A stretch of DNA of 64,000 nucleotides. Source: Acidimicrobiales bacterium. GTDB taxonomy: Bacteria; Actinomycetota; Acidimicrobiia; Acidimicrobiales; RAAP-2. Positions 27,331-36,683 of this stretch are shown piece by piece. The notes under the pieces are model-generated. The model was not told where the DNA came from, ran no database searches, and saw nothing but the letters and a program-made list of their open reading frames with translations. Where the stretch lies: positions 11,435-75,434 of the forward strand of contig DATKRB010000056.1 in assembly GCA_035532415.1 (NCBI GenBank). The letters run 5' to 3'. The translations under genes and the position numbers were made by a program. Positions within the stretch are counted from its first letter, which is position 1; every line of letters starts with the position of its first letter.

Positions 27331-28839
27331 TCAGACGACCTTGACCTCGCGGGCCTCGGGTCCCCGGCGGCCCGGAGCGATCACGAACTCGACCTGCTGG
27401 CCGGTCTCGAGCGCCCGGAACCCGCCACCCGCGACATTGCTGTGATGCACGAAGAGGTCCTCGCCGTCCGGACGGGACACGAAGCCATATCCCTTTGCGG
27501 CGTTGAAGAACTTCACGGTCCCGACGGGCGAACGCGAGCCTCGGTGGGTGTTGCCCTCGGGGCCCCTCTGGTTCTTCACCGGGCGGTCCGACCGGCGAAC
27601 CGTTCGCTCGGGCTGGCGCCCCCGCGAACCCTCGGCCGGGCGCGCCTCGGGCTTCGGCCCGGTCGTCTCGGCCCGCGGCACGTCGGCCCGCGGCACGTCG
27701 GCCCGCGGCGTCTCGACCCGGGTCGTCTCGGTCCCCGGCGGCTGGATCTTCCCGGCCAGACCGAGCGTCCGCTGCAGCGCTCCGGCCGCCTTGTGCTGGT
27801 CCTCGGTCACCAGCGACACGACGGTGCCCGTCCGTCCGGCCCGTCCCGTCCGGCCCGAACGGTGCAGGTAGTCGGTGTGGTCGGCCGGCGGATCGAAGTG
27901 CACGACGCAGGGGAGGTCGTCGACGTGGATCCCACGAGCTGCGACATCGGTCGCCACCAGCGCTCGAGCCCGTCCCCGGCCGAACTCGGCCAGGGCCCGC
28001 TCACGCTGTCCTTGGGTCCGGTCGCCGTGAATGGCGACCGCCTCGATGCCGGTCGCCTTGAGCTGGCGGGCCACGCGGTCCGCGCCCCTCTTGGTCCGGC
28101 AGAAGACCAATGCGCTCCCGTGCTCACCCACGAGCCGGGCCGTCAGGGTGACGCGCTGCTCGCGGGGGGTGGACCAGAAGAGGTGCGCCACGTCGCCGGC
28201 GGCGTCCGCGTCGGGCGCCACGTCGTGGCGGGCCGGGTTGTCCTGGTACCGCGTGACCAGGGTCTCGATCTCGCGACCCAGCGTCGCCGAGAACAAGAGC
28301 ACCTGGCGGTCGGGAGCGGTGGCATCGAGAAGGCGCCGGACGGCGGGGAGGAACCCCATGTCGGCCATCCGGTCGGCCTCGTCGAGGACCGCGGTCCGGA
28401 CGTCACCGAGGTCGACCGCCCTCTGGGCCACCAGATCCTCGAGCCTCCCGGGACACGCCACGAGGATGTCGACCCCCCTGGCCAGGGCTTTCTGGGCCGC
28501 CGTGTACCCGGTTCCCCCGTACACGGCGAGCACCCGTCGGCCACCGTCCTCCGACAGCGCCGCCAGCTCCCGCTGCACCTGGGCTGCCAGCTCGCGGGTC
28601 GGGACGAGGACCAGGGCCCGCGGTCGCCGGGGAGCGGAGCCGGTCGCCCGGTCCACCACTGCCAGGCCGAACGCCAACGTCTTGCCCGAGCCCGTCGGGG
28701 CACGGCCGCACACGTCGCGACCGGCGAGGGCGTCGGGAATCGTGGCGCACTGAATGGGAAAGGGGCTGTCGATCCCTCGGGCCTGAAGGCGGGCCACCAG
28801 GCGGGGGGGTACCCCGAGATCGAGAAAAGACGTAGGCAC
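27331..28839 (-). CDS. DEAD-box RNA helicase with C-terminal cold-shock domain
   Basis: Q motif FPIQ, APTGSGKTLAF, PTRELA, TPGR-like CPGR, VLDEADRM, SAT, HGD..Q..R, TDVAARGIH, HRSGRTGRAG. A basic linker is followed by VGTVKFFNAAKGYGFVSRPDGEDLFVHHSNV (CSD RNP1/RNP2). GTG at 28839 with GGGAG. The region upstream to 28902 is AT-rich. Confidence 0.9.
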   Translation of the reverse strand: MPTSFLDLGVPPRLVARLQARGIDSPFPIQCATIPDALAGRDVCGRAPTGSGKTLAFGLAVVDRATGSAPRRPRALVLVPTRELAAQVQRELAALSEDGGRRVLAVYGGTGYTAAQKALARGVDILVACPGRLEDLVAQRAVDLGDVRTAVLDEADRMADMGFLPAVRRLLDATAPDRQVLLFSATLGREIETLVTRYQDNPARHDVAPDADAAGDVAHLFWSTPREQRVTLTARLVGEHGSALVFCRTKRGADRVARQLKATGIEAVAIHGDRTQGQRERALAEFGRGRARALVATDVAARGIHVDDLPCVVHFDPPADHTDYLHRSGRTGRAGRTGTVVSLVTEDQHKAAGALQRTLGLAGKIQPPGTETTRVETPRADVPRADVPRAETTGPKPEARPAEGSRGRQPERTVRRSDRPVKNQRGPEGNTHRGSRSPVGTVKFFNAAKGYGFVSRPDGEDLFVHHSNVAGGGFRALETGQQVEFVIAPGRRGPEAREVKVV

Positions 28840-29004
28840 AGAGGCTCCCGACGAGTTAGAAGAAATGGCCAACTCGAAAAACGGGAATCGAATCCGGCCC
28901 ACCGCCCGAAGCGGCTTCCGGTCAGCGGCGCCGACCGGGCGACACCCAGAGTAGCAGGTGATGGCCGAGCCGCAGGGCGCCCTGGGCGAACGACCGGGCG
29001 GTCC

Positions 29005-29729
29005 TCACGCCTGCGGCCCGGTCCGCCCCCTCTCCTCCATGCGCCGCATGACCGCTCTGGTGTCGAGCCGGTGGTCCCCGTCGAAGCGCGGGGCGTAGGT
29101 ATCAAAAGCCCCCAGGATCTCCTCGCAGCGCTCAGACACGATGTCGCGCACCGGTGGATGCGTGACGATGTAGAAGTCCCCCCGTCGCACGCCCTCCACG
29201 GTGAGTCGACCCACCTCGTCGGGATCCATCCCGAAGCCGGAAGCGGGGACGGCCGCCTCGGCCGGCGGGCCGCCGTACCGGGCGGGTCGGTTCCGGGTGG
29301 CGCTCCCCAGACGGGTCGCCACCATCCCGGGGCAGACGATGCTCACCCCGACGTGGTCGGGGAGCTCGTGACGCAGCACGTCGCTGAGCCCGAGCACGGC
29401 GTGCTTGCTCGCCGTATAGGCGGCAGCACCCGTATGCGCCATTCCCAGGCTGTTCTCCGAGCCGGTGTTGACGATGTGCGCGGGCGACCCCTGGTCCACG
29501 AACCTTCGACCGAACACCGAGCAGCCGTTCCACACGCCCATGACGTTCACGTCGAAGACCCATCGGACGTCCTCTTCCCTCGCGTCGACGAGGGGGGAGA
29601 GCGGTGGGAACACACCGGCGTTGTTGACGAGGATGTCGATCCGGCCGAAGGCCGCCCAGGCCCGATGCCGGGCCCGATACCGCTCCCGGCTCCGGTCACC
29701 ACCGCAGCCCGGCCCGTCAGGTCCTGCAT
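29005..29729 (-). pseudogene. SDR-family oxidoreductase disrupted by an internal deletion plus frameshift
   Basis: The N-terminus MQDLTGRAAVVTGAGSGIG (ATG 29729) is in the frame of ORF 29547..29819. AWAAFGRIDILVNNAG...YTASKHAV...PG onward is in the frame of ORF 29005..29868. Only about 5 codons separate TGxxxGIG from the helix preceding NNAG, where about 55-60 are expected. Confidence 0.6.
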
Positions 29730-29952
29730 GCTCGTGCTCCTCCTCGGCGGGCGGCTCCCGGAGGGGACGGCCCTTCGCTGACGTGACACTGGTCCGGTCA
29801 TACAGGCTCCGGATACCATCGCCCCTGGCGCCCCACAGGCGGGTGCCTCGAGACCTCGGGTCTCCCACCTGGGACTTTAGCGAAGCGAGCAGACGATGCC
29901 CGACGCCGGCGACAATCGAGGATCGCGCAGGCGCTCGGGCCGGTCGCGTACG

Positions 29953-31386
29953 ATGACGGCAGTGGTCAACCGCTCCACGTCAACTTCTGCGTTCGGCGTC
30001 TCCAGGCGGGAGAGCCACGATGCCAGCGGGTTCTACAGCCGGTTCACCGCGCCGGACCTGTCCTCGGACTCGACGGTGCACTCGGACCGGGAGCTCGACA
30101 AGCTGATCCGGGGGGATTCCCGCTCGATGGGCGAGGTCGCGGATTCGTCGGTGGCCCTGGTCGTCACGTCACCCCCCTACTTCGCCGGCAAGCAGTACGA
30201 GGAGGCACTGGGCGAAGGCGGCGTGCCGGCGACCTATTTCGAGTACCTCGAGCTCTTGCGGGAAGTGTTCGCCGAATGCGTCCGAAAGCTCGAGCCGGGA
30301 GGACGGATCGCCGTCAACGTCGCCAACCTCGGTCGCCGCCCGTACCGGTCGTTGTCGGCGGACGTGATCGGCATCCTGCAGGACGATCTTCGCCTGCTGC
30401 TACGGGGGGAGATCATCTGGGTGAAACAGCGCGGCTCGTCGGGATCGTGCGCCTGGGGGAGCTTCCAGCGGCCCGGCAACCCGGTCCTGCGGGATCTCAC
30501 CGAACGGGTGATCGTGGCGAGCAAGGGCCGGTTCGACCGGGCGGTGCCGGCGCGGGACCGGCACCGGAAGGAGCTGCCGTCGGAGGCGTCCATGACCCGG
30601 GAGGACTTCATGGAGAACACGCTCGACGTGTGGGAGATCCCGCCCGAGAGCGCCACCCGGGTCGGCCATCCCGCACCCTTCCCGCTCGAGCTCCCCTCGC
30701 GGCTCATCGAGCTGTACACCTACCGGGACGATCTCGTGCTCGATCCCTTCGTCGGCGCCGGCACGACGGCGGTGGCCGCCCTGAGGACCGGTCGTCACTA
30801 CGTGGGCTACGACCTCGACGAGTCCTACGTGCAGTTGGCCGAGGAGCGCGTTGCCGAGGAACGCCGACGGCTGTTGGAGGAGGAGGGCACGGCGAGCCGG
30901 GCCCGCGTGAGCCTGCCGGCGGCTCCAGCGACGCCCGGCCGGGCCGACGATCTCCACTCCCGCTCGGTGAGGGAAGGTTGGGTGGCCAAGGAGATCGCCC
31001 GGGCCCTGATCGACTCGGCGGGCTTCGTGGACGTGCAGGAGGGGCAGAAGAGGCCGGGCGGCGTGCAGATCGACTTCACGGCCCGCGACCGGAAGGGCGC
31101 GCCGTGGTTCTTCGACGTGCCGGGCAGCTACACGGTCCACCGGGCAGGGCTCAAGCGAACGGACGCTCTGTGGAAGGCCTTGGGCAAGGCGGCAGTGCTC
31201 CGGGAGACGGGGGACACCCCCCTGGTGCTCCTCACGACCGACGTCCCGACCCCCGGGGGCAAGGGGGCAAGGGCCCTGGCGCATCTCTGCGGGCCGGGCA
31301 AGCCGATCTACAGCGTGGTCGAGATGCTCGAGCCGTCGGCTGCCGACGCCATGCGGGATTTCTGCAAGGGTGGGCACCGGCGGTGA
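29953..31386 (+). CDS. beta-class DNA methyltransferase (SPPY motif IV, likely N4-cytosine) with about 170-aa extra C-terminal domain
   Basis: LVVTSPPYFAGKQY (motif IV) precedes VLDPFVGAGTTAVAA (motif I), plus GHPAPFPLELPSRLI. After about residue 320 comes an unassigned domain (GFVDVQEGQKRPGGVQIDFTARDRKGAPWFFDVPGS...). Confidence 0.85.
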   Translation: MTAVVNRSTSTSAFGVSRRESHDASGFYSRFTAPDLSSDSTVHSDRELDKLIRGDSRSMGEVADSSVALVVTSPPYFAGKQYEEALGEGGVPATYFEYLELLREVFAECVRKLEPGGRIAVNVANLGRRPYRSLSADVIGILQDDLRLLLRGEIIWVKQRGSSGSCAWGSFQRPGNPVLRDLTERVIVASKGRFDRAVPARDRHRKELPSEASMTREDFMENTLDVWEIPPESATRVGHPAPFPLELPSRLIELYTYRDDLVLDPFVGAGTTAVAALRTGRHYVGYDLDESYVQLAEERVAEERRRLLEEEGTASRARVSLPAAPATPGRADDLHSRSVREGWVAKEIARALIDSAGFVDVQEGQKRPGGVQIDFTARDRKGAPWFFDVPGSYTVHRAGLKRTDALWKALGKAAVLRETGDTPLVLLTTDVPTPGGKGARALAHLCGPGKPIYSVVEMLEPSAADAMRDFCKGGHRR

Positions 31387-31431
31387 CGCTGCTGCCGGGG
31401 CGCGCCGCGGGCGCTTGAGGTCGGGGGCACA

Positions 31432-31517
31432 CCGCAGGCGCTCGGTGCCGGGCCCGCGTCGCGGCCGGGTGGTGCCGCAGGCGCTCGGTGCCGGGCCAGC
31501 GTCGCGGCCGGGAGGCT
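31432..31517. repeat. 43-bp tandem duplication (2 copies, about 3 mismatches)
   Basis: CCGCAGGCGCTCGGTGCCGGGCC(C/A)GCGTCGCGGCCGGG(T/A)GG... at 31432-31474 and 31475-31517. Lies between the methyltransferase stop and the GTG of the next ORF. The second copy supplies its GGAGG. Confidence 0.85.
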
Positions 31518-31522
31518 GAAGG

Positions 31523-32524
31523 GTGCCGGACCTGCGGACCACGGTCACGGAGCTGGTGACGGGGTTGGGGACTCTGGGGTTCGGATCCATCGACGAGGTG
31601 CTGCGATCCCGACCGGCCGAGATGGTCAGCGTCGCCCCCGAGGACTGGGAGATCCTCCGCCGCGCGCACGTGGGCGGCGCCCTCGCACGAGAGTTCCGAC
31701 TCGCCTGGGCCAACGGTCAGGCCTTCCTCACCGCCACCGACGGGCTCCGGGGCCGGCGACCCGTCGTCGTCGAATGGAAGGGCTCCCACCGGGCGCCCGG
31801 GGACGAGGTCGCGCCGGTCGACCTCCGGATCGACCACGTGTTCCTCGTGAGCTGCAAGTACCTGTCGAAGATCATGATCAACGCATCGCCCGGACACGTC
31901 TTCGATCGGCTCCTGCAGGGTGGACACGGCGTCAGGGGCGGGAACTGGTTCGAGGAGGTGGCCGGAGAGGCGTACCAGGGTCTTTACGCGGCCGTCCGAA
32001 CGGAGCTCGGATGTTCGGAGCTCCCCGCGGCCGCCACCGACCTCGGACCCGCCGATCGGAAGTGGCTGGCGGGATCCCTGCGCGGCGGATGGCCGGGCCC
32101 GAGTGGTCACCTCTACCGCGAGCTCGCCGGCACCGTCGCCGAGGTGTCGGCGCGCCGGTGGCGGGCCCGCCTGGGCTCGCCGGCGGACGCCGAGGCCATG
32201 CTCTGGCGGATCCTGCGCATGGGCAGCGCTCCCTACTTCGTGCTGGGGGCGTCACCCGCCGAGCCCCTGCGCATCCGCGTGGCCACACCGTGGGACTGGC
32301 GCCTCAACCACCGGCTCAAGGGCTTCCACTGCCAGCCGGAAGCAGGAGGCCAGCCCAGGGTCCGCTGGACCGCTGACGTCGAGGACCGGCACTCCGCGGA
32401 AGTGCGCGAGGTCAGGGGCCATGTGGAGATCCGCTGGAGCCATGGCCGATTCGGGGGCAATCCCGAAGCCAAGGTCTACCTCGACACACCGCACGGCGCT
32501 GTTCCCGGCTACTACCCCCTCTGA
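31523..32524 (+). CDS. hypothetical protein; candidate nuclease partner of the adjacent methyltransferase
   Basis: 333 aa, same strand, 136 nt downstream of the MTase. The segment VVVEWKG...PVDLRIDHVFLVSCKYLSK resembles a PD-(D/E)xK-type E...D...(S/E)xK core. No family recognised by eye. Confidence 0.55.
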   Translation: MPDLRTTVTELVTGLGTLGFGSIDEVLRSRPAEMVSVAPEDWEILRRAHVGGALAREFRLAWANGQAFLTATDGLRGRRPVVVEWKGSHRAPGDEVAPVDLRIDHVFLVSCKYLSKIMINASPGHVFDRLLQGGHGVRGGNWFEEVAGEAYQGLYAAVRTELGCSELPAAATDLGPADRKWLAGSLRGGWPGPSGHLYRELAGTVAEVSARRWRARLGSPADAEAMLWRILRMGSAPYFVLGASPAEPLRIRVATPWDWRLNHRLKGFHCQPEAGGQPRVRWTADVEDRHSAEVREVRGHVEIRWSHGRFGGNPEAKVYLDTPHGAVPGYYPL

Positions 32525-32668
32525 GACCCGACCCCCTCTGAGATCGGCCCGCCGGATCGGCCAGCGCGTGCCCCGTGGGATGGCGGGACGGTGCCGGCGT
32601 CGGGCGCAGGGGGAACGCCGCGGTCTCGGCAGCTAGCGTGCGGCGAGGACCACACGGGGGACGCCACG

Positions 32669-33859
32669 ATGGACATCACTTTCACGACGACGCCGAGGCT
32701 CGAGTCGTTGCGCCGCGAGGTGCGATCATGGCTCGACCAGGAGCTCCCGGCGGAGTACGAGGGCTTCCAGTGGGACTTCGAGGAAGATCCTGAGCGCTGG
32801 ACCTTCTACCGGCAGTTCTGGAGGAAGCAGGGGGCCAGGCGCTGGCTCGAGCCGACCTGGCCGAAGGAGTACGGCGGGGCCGAGATGTCGGCACGCGAGG
32901 CACGGATCGTCCGGGAGGAGCTCGATCGGCGGCGGGCCGGCGGCTTCGCCGGGATCGGGATGTCCGTCGGCCCCGCCATCCTGCGTCTCGGGACCGACGA
33001 GCAGAAGGCGGCGTTCCTCCCGGGCATGGCGGCAGGCGAGATCATGTGGGCCGAGGGGTACACCGAGCCGGACTCCGGGTCGGACCTGGCCTCGCTCCGG
33101 ACACGTGCGGTGCCGGACGGGGACGACTGGGTGATCAGCGGCCAGAAGACCTTCTGCACGGCCGGCCATCACTGCAACTGGATCATCATCGCCGCCCGGA
33201 CGGACCCCGACGCGGCCCGACGGCACAACGGGATCAGCTACTTCCTCTCGCCCACCGACCGGCCCGGGATAGAGATGCGGCCCCTGTACAACCTGGCCGA
33301 CGGCCGCCAGAACCTGGTGTTCCTCGACGAGCTCCGCGTGCCGGGGAACCGGCTCCTCGGAGAGCTGAACCGGGGCTGGGAGCAGATCTGGTTCGGCCTG
33401 GGCGGTAACCCGATCCCCCGGTTCGAGTCGGTCGACCCGGGTCCCGAGGAGGAGTACGAGCCCGAGCAGGCGGGCCAGGCCTGGGTGCTTCGCGAGCTCG
33501 TGCGCTACTGCCGCACGACCAGGCGGAACGGTCGCCCCCTCAGCGAGGACCCCGTCGTCCGCGCCCGGCTCGCCGATCTGGCCATCGGCGTGGAGATCGA
33601 AAAGGTGCTCGGCTACGAGGGCGCCTGCGGGTACGGCGCCCACCTGCACCAGGCGGTCACCAAGGAGTTCCAGCCCGAGTTCGCCCAAGGGTGCATCGAG
33701 ATCCTCGGGCCGTTGGGACAGATCCAGTCCGGCGAGTGGGCGCCGCTCGCCGGGGAGATCGATCGGATCTACCGGCGGTCCTTCGGCAATCACGCCGGAG
33801 GTACCTCGCAGGTCAAGAGGATGGTCGTGGCGACCCGCGCCCTCGGCCTTCCCCGATAG
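32669..33859 (+). CDS. acyl-CoA dehydrogenase family protein
   Basis: ATG at 32669 (MDITFTT...). WAEGYTEPDSGSDLASL, ISGQKTFCTAG and a C-terminal helical domain. Confidence 0.85.
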   Translation: MDITFTTTPRLESLRREVRSWLDQELPAEYEGFQWDFEEDPERWTFYRQFWRKQGARRWLEPTWPKEYGGAEMSAREARIVREELDRRRAGGFAGIGMSVGPAILRLGTDEQKAAFLPGMAAGEIMWAEGYTEPDSGSDLASLRTRAVPDGDDWVISGQKTFCTAGHHCNWIIIAARTDPDAARRHNGISYFLSPTDRPGIEMRPLYNLADGRQNLVFLDELRVPGNRLLGELNRGWEQIWFGLGGNPIPRFESVDPGPEEEYEPEQAGQAWVLRELVRYCRTTRRNGRPLSEDPVVRARLADLAIGVEIEKVLGYEGACGYGAHLHQAVTKEFQPEFAQGCIEILGPLGQIQSGEWAPLAGEIDRIYRRSFGNHAGGTSQVKRMVVATRALGLPR

Positions 33860-33886
33860 TGCACGCATCGCGAGAAGGGGGACGGG

Positions 33887-35023
33887 GTGGCCATTGATCT
33901 TTCGCTCAACGAGGAGCAGGTTCTCGTGCAGGCCTCGGCAAACGAATTCTTCCGGGACCGATGCCCGACCTCAGTCGTGCGCGACATCCTCGACGGGACG
34001 CTCGGCTACTCGCCGGACATGTGGCGGGAGATGGCCGGGCTCGGTTGGCTCGGCATCACCTATCCCGAGGCGTACGGGGGCACCGGGGGGCGGTTCCTCG
34101 ACCTCTACCCGATATACGAGGAGATGGGCCGCTTCCTCGTTCCGAGCCCGCATCTCGACACCGTCGTGGTCGCCGGTGAGACCGTACTCCGGGCCGGGAC
34201 CGAGGCGCAGAAGGAGGAGCTGCTCCCGTCCATCGCCGCGGGCGACCGCATCGTCAGCTTGGCGATCCACGAGCCCGACGGCTCGTTCGGCCCCGGCGGC
34301 ATCGGTTGCTCGGCCACCCCGCGGGGCAGCGACCACGTGGTGACGGGAACGAAGCTCCTGGTCGGCTACGCGCCGTCTGCCAGCTCCTTCCTGTGCGTCA
34401 CCCGGACCGGGGGCGGGAGCGGGCCGGACGGCGTCTCGCTGTTCCTCCTCGACGCGCACGCAAGCGGCGTCTCGTGGACCGCCCTCCCGAACATCGCGGG
34501 CAACGCGCTGTACGCCGTGACCTTTGACGACGTGTCGGCGCCGGCCGAGAGCCTCGTCGGGGAGCTGGGCAACGGGTGGGCACCCCTCTCGGCCGCGATG
34601 ACCAGGGGCGCCGTCCTCCAGACCGCCACCATCGTGGGCGCCGGCCGGAGCGTGCTCGAGATGACGGCCGAGTACGCCAAGGACCGCGAGCAGTTCGGCA
34701 ACCCGATCGGGAAGTACCAGGCCGTGCAGTACATGGTGACCGATGTGCTGATCGACCTCCACCGGGCGGACCTCCTGGCGAGACAGGCCGCCTTCCGGAT
34801 CGACGCGGGCAAGTCCTACGAGCGCGAAGCGGCCATGGCCGCCGCCTTCGGAAAGCAGGCCGCCGCCCACCTCCACCGTCAGGCGCACGAGGTCCACGCC
34901 GGCGTGGCCTTCATCCTCGAGCACGACCTGACCCTCTTCTCCCGCCGATCCAAGTTCTGGGAGAACAACCTGGGCGACGCCCGCTACCACCGGGAGCTCC
35001 TGGCGAGCGCGATGGGCATCTGA
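33887..35023 (+). CDS. acyl-CoA dehydrogenase family protein (paired with the upstream ACAD)
   Basis: LSLNEEQVLVQASANEFFRD, GWLGITYPEAYGG, EYAKDREQFGNPIGKYQAVQ. Confidence 0.9.
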   Translation: MAIDLSLNEEQVLVQASANEFFRDRCPTSVVRDILDGTLGYSPDMWREMAGLGWLGITYPEAYGGTGGRFLDLYPIYEEMGRFLVPSPHLDTVVVAGETVLRAGTEAQKEELLPSIAAGDRIVSLAIHEPDGSFGPGGIGCSATPRGSDHVVTGTKLLVGYAPSASSFLCVTRTGGGSGPDGVSLFLLDAHASGVSWTALPNIAGNALYAVTFDDVSAPAESLVGELGNGWAPLSAAMTRGAVLQTATIVGAGRSVLEMTAEYAKDREQFGNPIGKYQAVQYMVTDVLIDLHRADLLARQAAFRIDAGKSYEREAAMAAAFGKQAAAHLHRQAHEVHAGVAFILEHDLTLFSRRSKFWENNLGDARYHRELLASAMGI

Positions 35024-35156
35024 CCTCGGTCGGCGAGGGCCTTGCCCCGCCACGCCCGAGCGCTGCGGGAACCACGGGCCGCGAATCGCCGCGTCCCTCC
35101 GCCGTCCAGGCGTTCCGAGGGACGGTGGATGGACGTCTCCCCCGTACCGTCCCACC

Positions 35157-36656
35157 ATGACCTCGCCCAACTTGGCCTCCGGGCGGACCCGGACGGGGCC
35201 CGCCACGGGGCCCGCCACGCCTCCCGCACCCGCTTCGGCCGCACCGGCCTTCCGTGCGGCGCCCACGCGCCGCCTGGCGGACCGGCGGACCGCCGTGGTG
35301 ATCCTCTTCGCCACCGACGTCGTCACCGCCCTGGCGGTGCTCACGGCGGTCGCGTCCTGGTCCCCACCCCTGCGACATCACCTCGGCAATCAGCTGGCGT
35401 TCACGGCGATCACCCTGGCGTCGGTGCTCCTCTGCCTGTGGGCCAAGCGCGTCTACGTCCGCGCCCGCCGCCACATCGTGCCGTCCCCCGCCGACGATCT
35501 GGGTGCCCTCGCCGCGGCCGTGCTCACCAGCCTTCTCGTCGTGCTGGCCGGTCGCGCCCTCTTTGCGCACGCCATCGGCGCGTCGCTGCCGACCTCCTCG
35601 GTGCTGCTCGGCCTCGCCCTCTGCCTGGCGGCGATCCCCGCAGCCAGGACCGTCTCCCTCGCCATACACAAGCGAACGGGAACCCAGGCGACCAAGGTGC
35701 TGGTGGTCGGGACGGGCACCATCGCGGCCGACGTGGGGAGCCGGTTGACCCGCGCCGCTCACGTCGAGCTGGTCGGCTACGTCGACGACGATCCGGTTGA
35801 CGGGCAGGAGGTGATCGGGGACCTCAACGCCCTGCCGGCGATCTGCCGGGAGCAGGGCGTCGACCGGGTCGTCGTCGCCTTCTCCCGCGGCCATCCCCGC
35901 CGGATGGCCGAAGTCCTCCGGACGTTGGAGGGCACGTTGCCCATTGATGTCGTCCCCCGGTACTTCGAGCTAACCGGGTGGGAGGCCGTAGTGGACGATC
36001 TCAGCGGATTGGCGCTGGTCAGCCTGGGGGGGTCCCGGCCGGGGGCCTTCAGCCTGGGGGCCAAGCGGGCCCTCGACGTGGTCGGTGCGTCCCTCGGCCT
36101 CCTCGTCCTTGCCCCGATCCTCACCGTCGTCGGGCTCGCCGTGAAGATGACCTCGCCCGGTCCGGTCCTGTTCCGTCAGTGGCGACTGGGCAGGGACGGC
36201 GTCCCTTTCGAGATCCTCAAGTTCAGGACCATGCGGGATGCCACCCCGGAGGAGATCCGCGAGCGGCGCCAGCGGCCGGGATGCGACCTGCTCTTCGATG
36301 CCGGCAAGGACGGCCAGCGGGTCACCTCCATTGGACGCGTTCTCCGGCGTTTCGGGATCGACGAGCTCCCCCAGTTGCTCAACGTGCTCTGGGGCCACAT
36401 GGCGATGGTCGGGCCCCGTCCGTTCGTACCCGAGGAATGCGCGGACCTACCCGGCTGGGCGAACAAGCGATTCGACTTCCGGCCCGGCCTGACGGGGATG
36501 TGGCAAGTGTGCGGGCAGCACGACCTGCGCTTCGACGAACTGTGCCGGCTCGACTGCCAATATGTCGACACCTGGACGTTCCTGGCCGACCTGCGCATCC
36601 TGGCCCGCACGCCGGGACGCCTGCTGCGCGGCGGCAAGGTGGACGTCGGGCACTGA
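35157..36656 (+). CDS. polyprenyl glycosylphosphotransferase (exopolysaccharide-type sugar transferase, WbaP-like)
   Basis: N-terminal TM segments and a central Rossmann-like region. C-terminal bacterial sugar transferase domain: KRALDVVGASLGLLVLAPI...SPGPVLFRQWRLGRDGVPFEILKFRTM...IDELPQLLNVLWGHMAMVGPRP. Confidence 0.85.
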   Translation: MTSPNLASGRTRTGPATGPATPPAPASAAPAFRAAPTRRLADRRTAVVILFATDVVTALAVLTAVASWSPPLRHHLGNQLAFTAITLASVLLCLWAKRVYVRARRHIVPSPADDLGALAAAVLTSLLVVLAGRALFAHAIGASLPTSSVLLGLALCLAAIPAARTVSLAIHKRTGTQATKVLVVGTGTIAADVGSRLTRAAHVELVGYVDDDPVDGQEVIGDLNALPAICREQGVDRVVVAFSRGHPRRMAEVLRTLEGTLPIDVVPRYFELTGWEAVVDDLSGLALVSLGGSRPGAFSLGAKRALDVVGASLGLLVLAPILTVVGLAVKMTSPGPVLFRQWRLGRDGVPFEILKFRTMRDATPEEIRERRQRPGCDLLFDAGKDGQRVTSIGRVLRRFGIDELPQLLNVLWGHMAMVGPRPFVPEECADLPGWANKRFDFRPGLTGMWQVCGQHDLRFDELCRLDCQYVDTWTFLADLRILARTPGRLLRGGKVDVGH

Positions 36657-36683
36657 CCCAGGACCATCCACCTGCCTGGGTCA

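Noticed and set aside
21866-29900. Large genomic island starting at tRNA-Pro
   Set aside because: I could find no integrase and no direct repeat of the tRNA-Pro 3' end. The downstream genes (SDR, kinase, ACAD, TetR, helicase) look like ordinary chromosomal catabolic genes with the same GC content.
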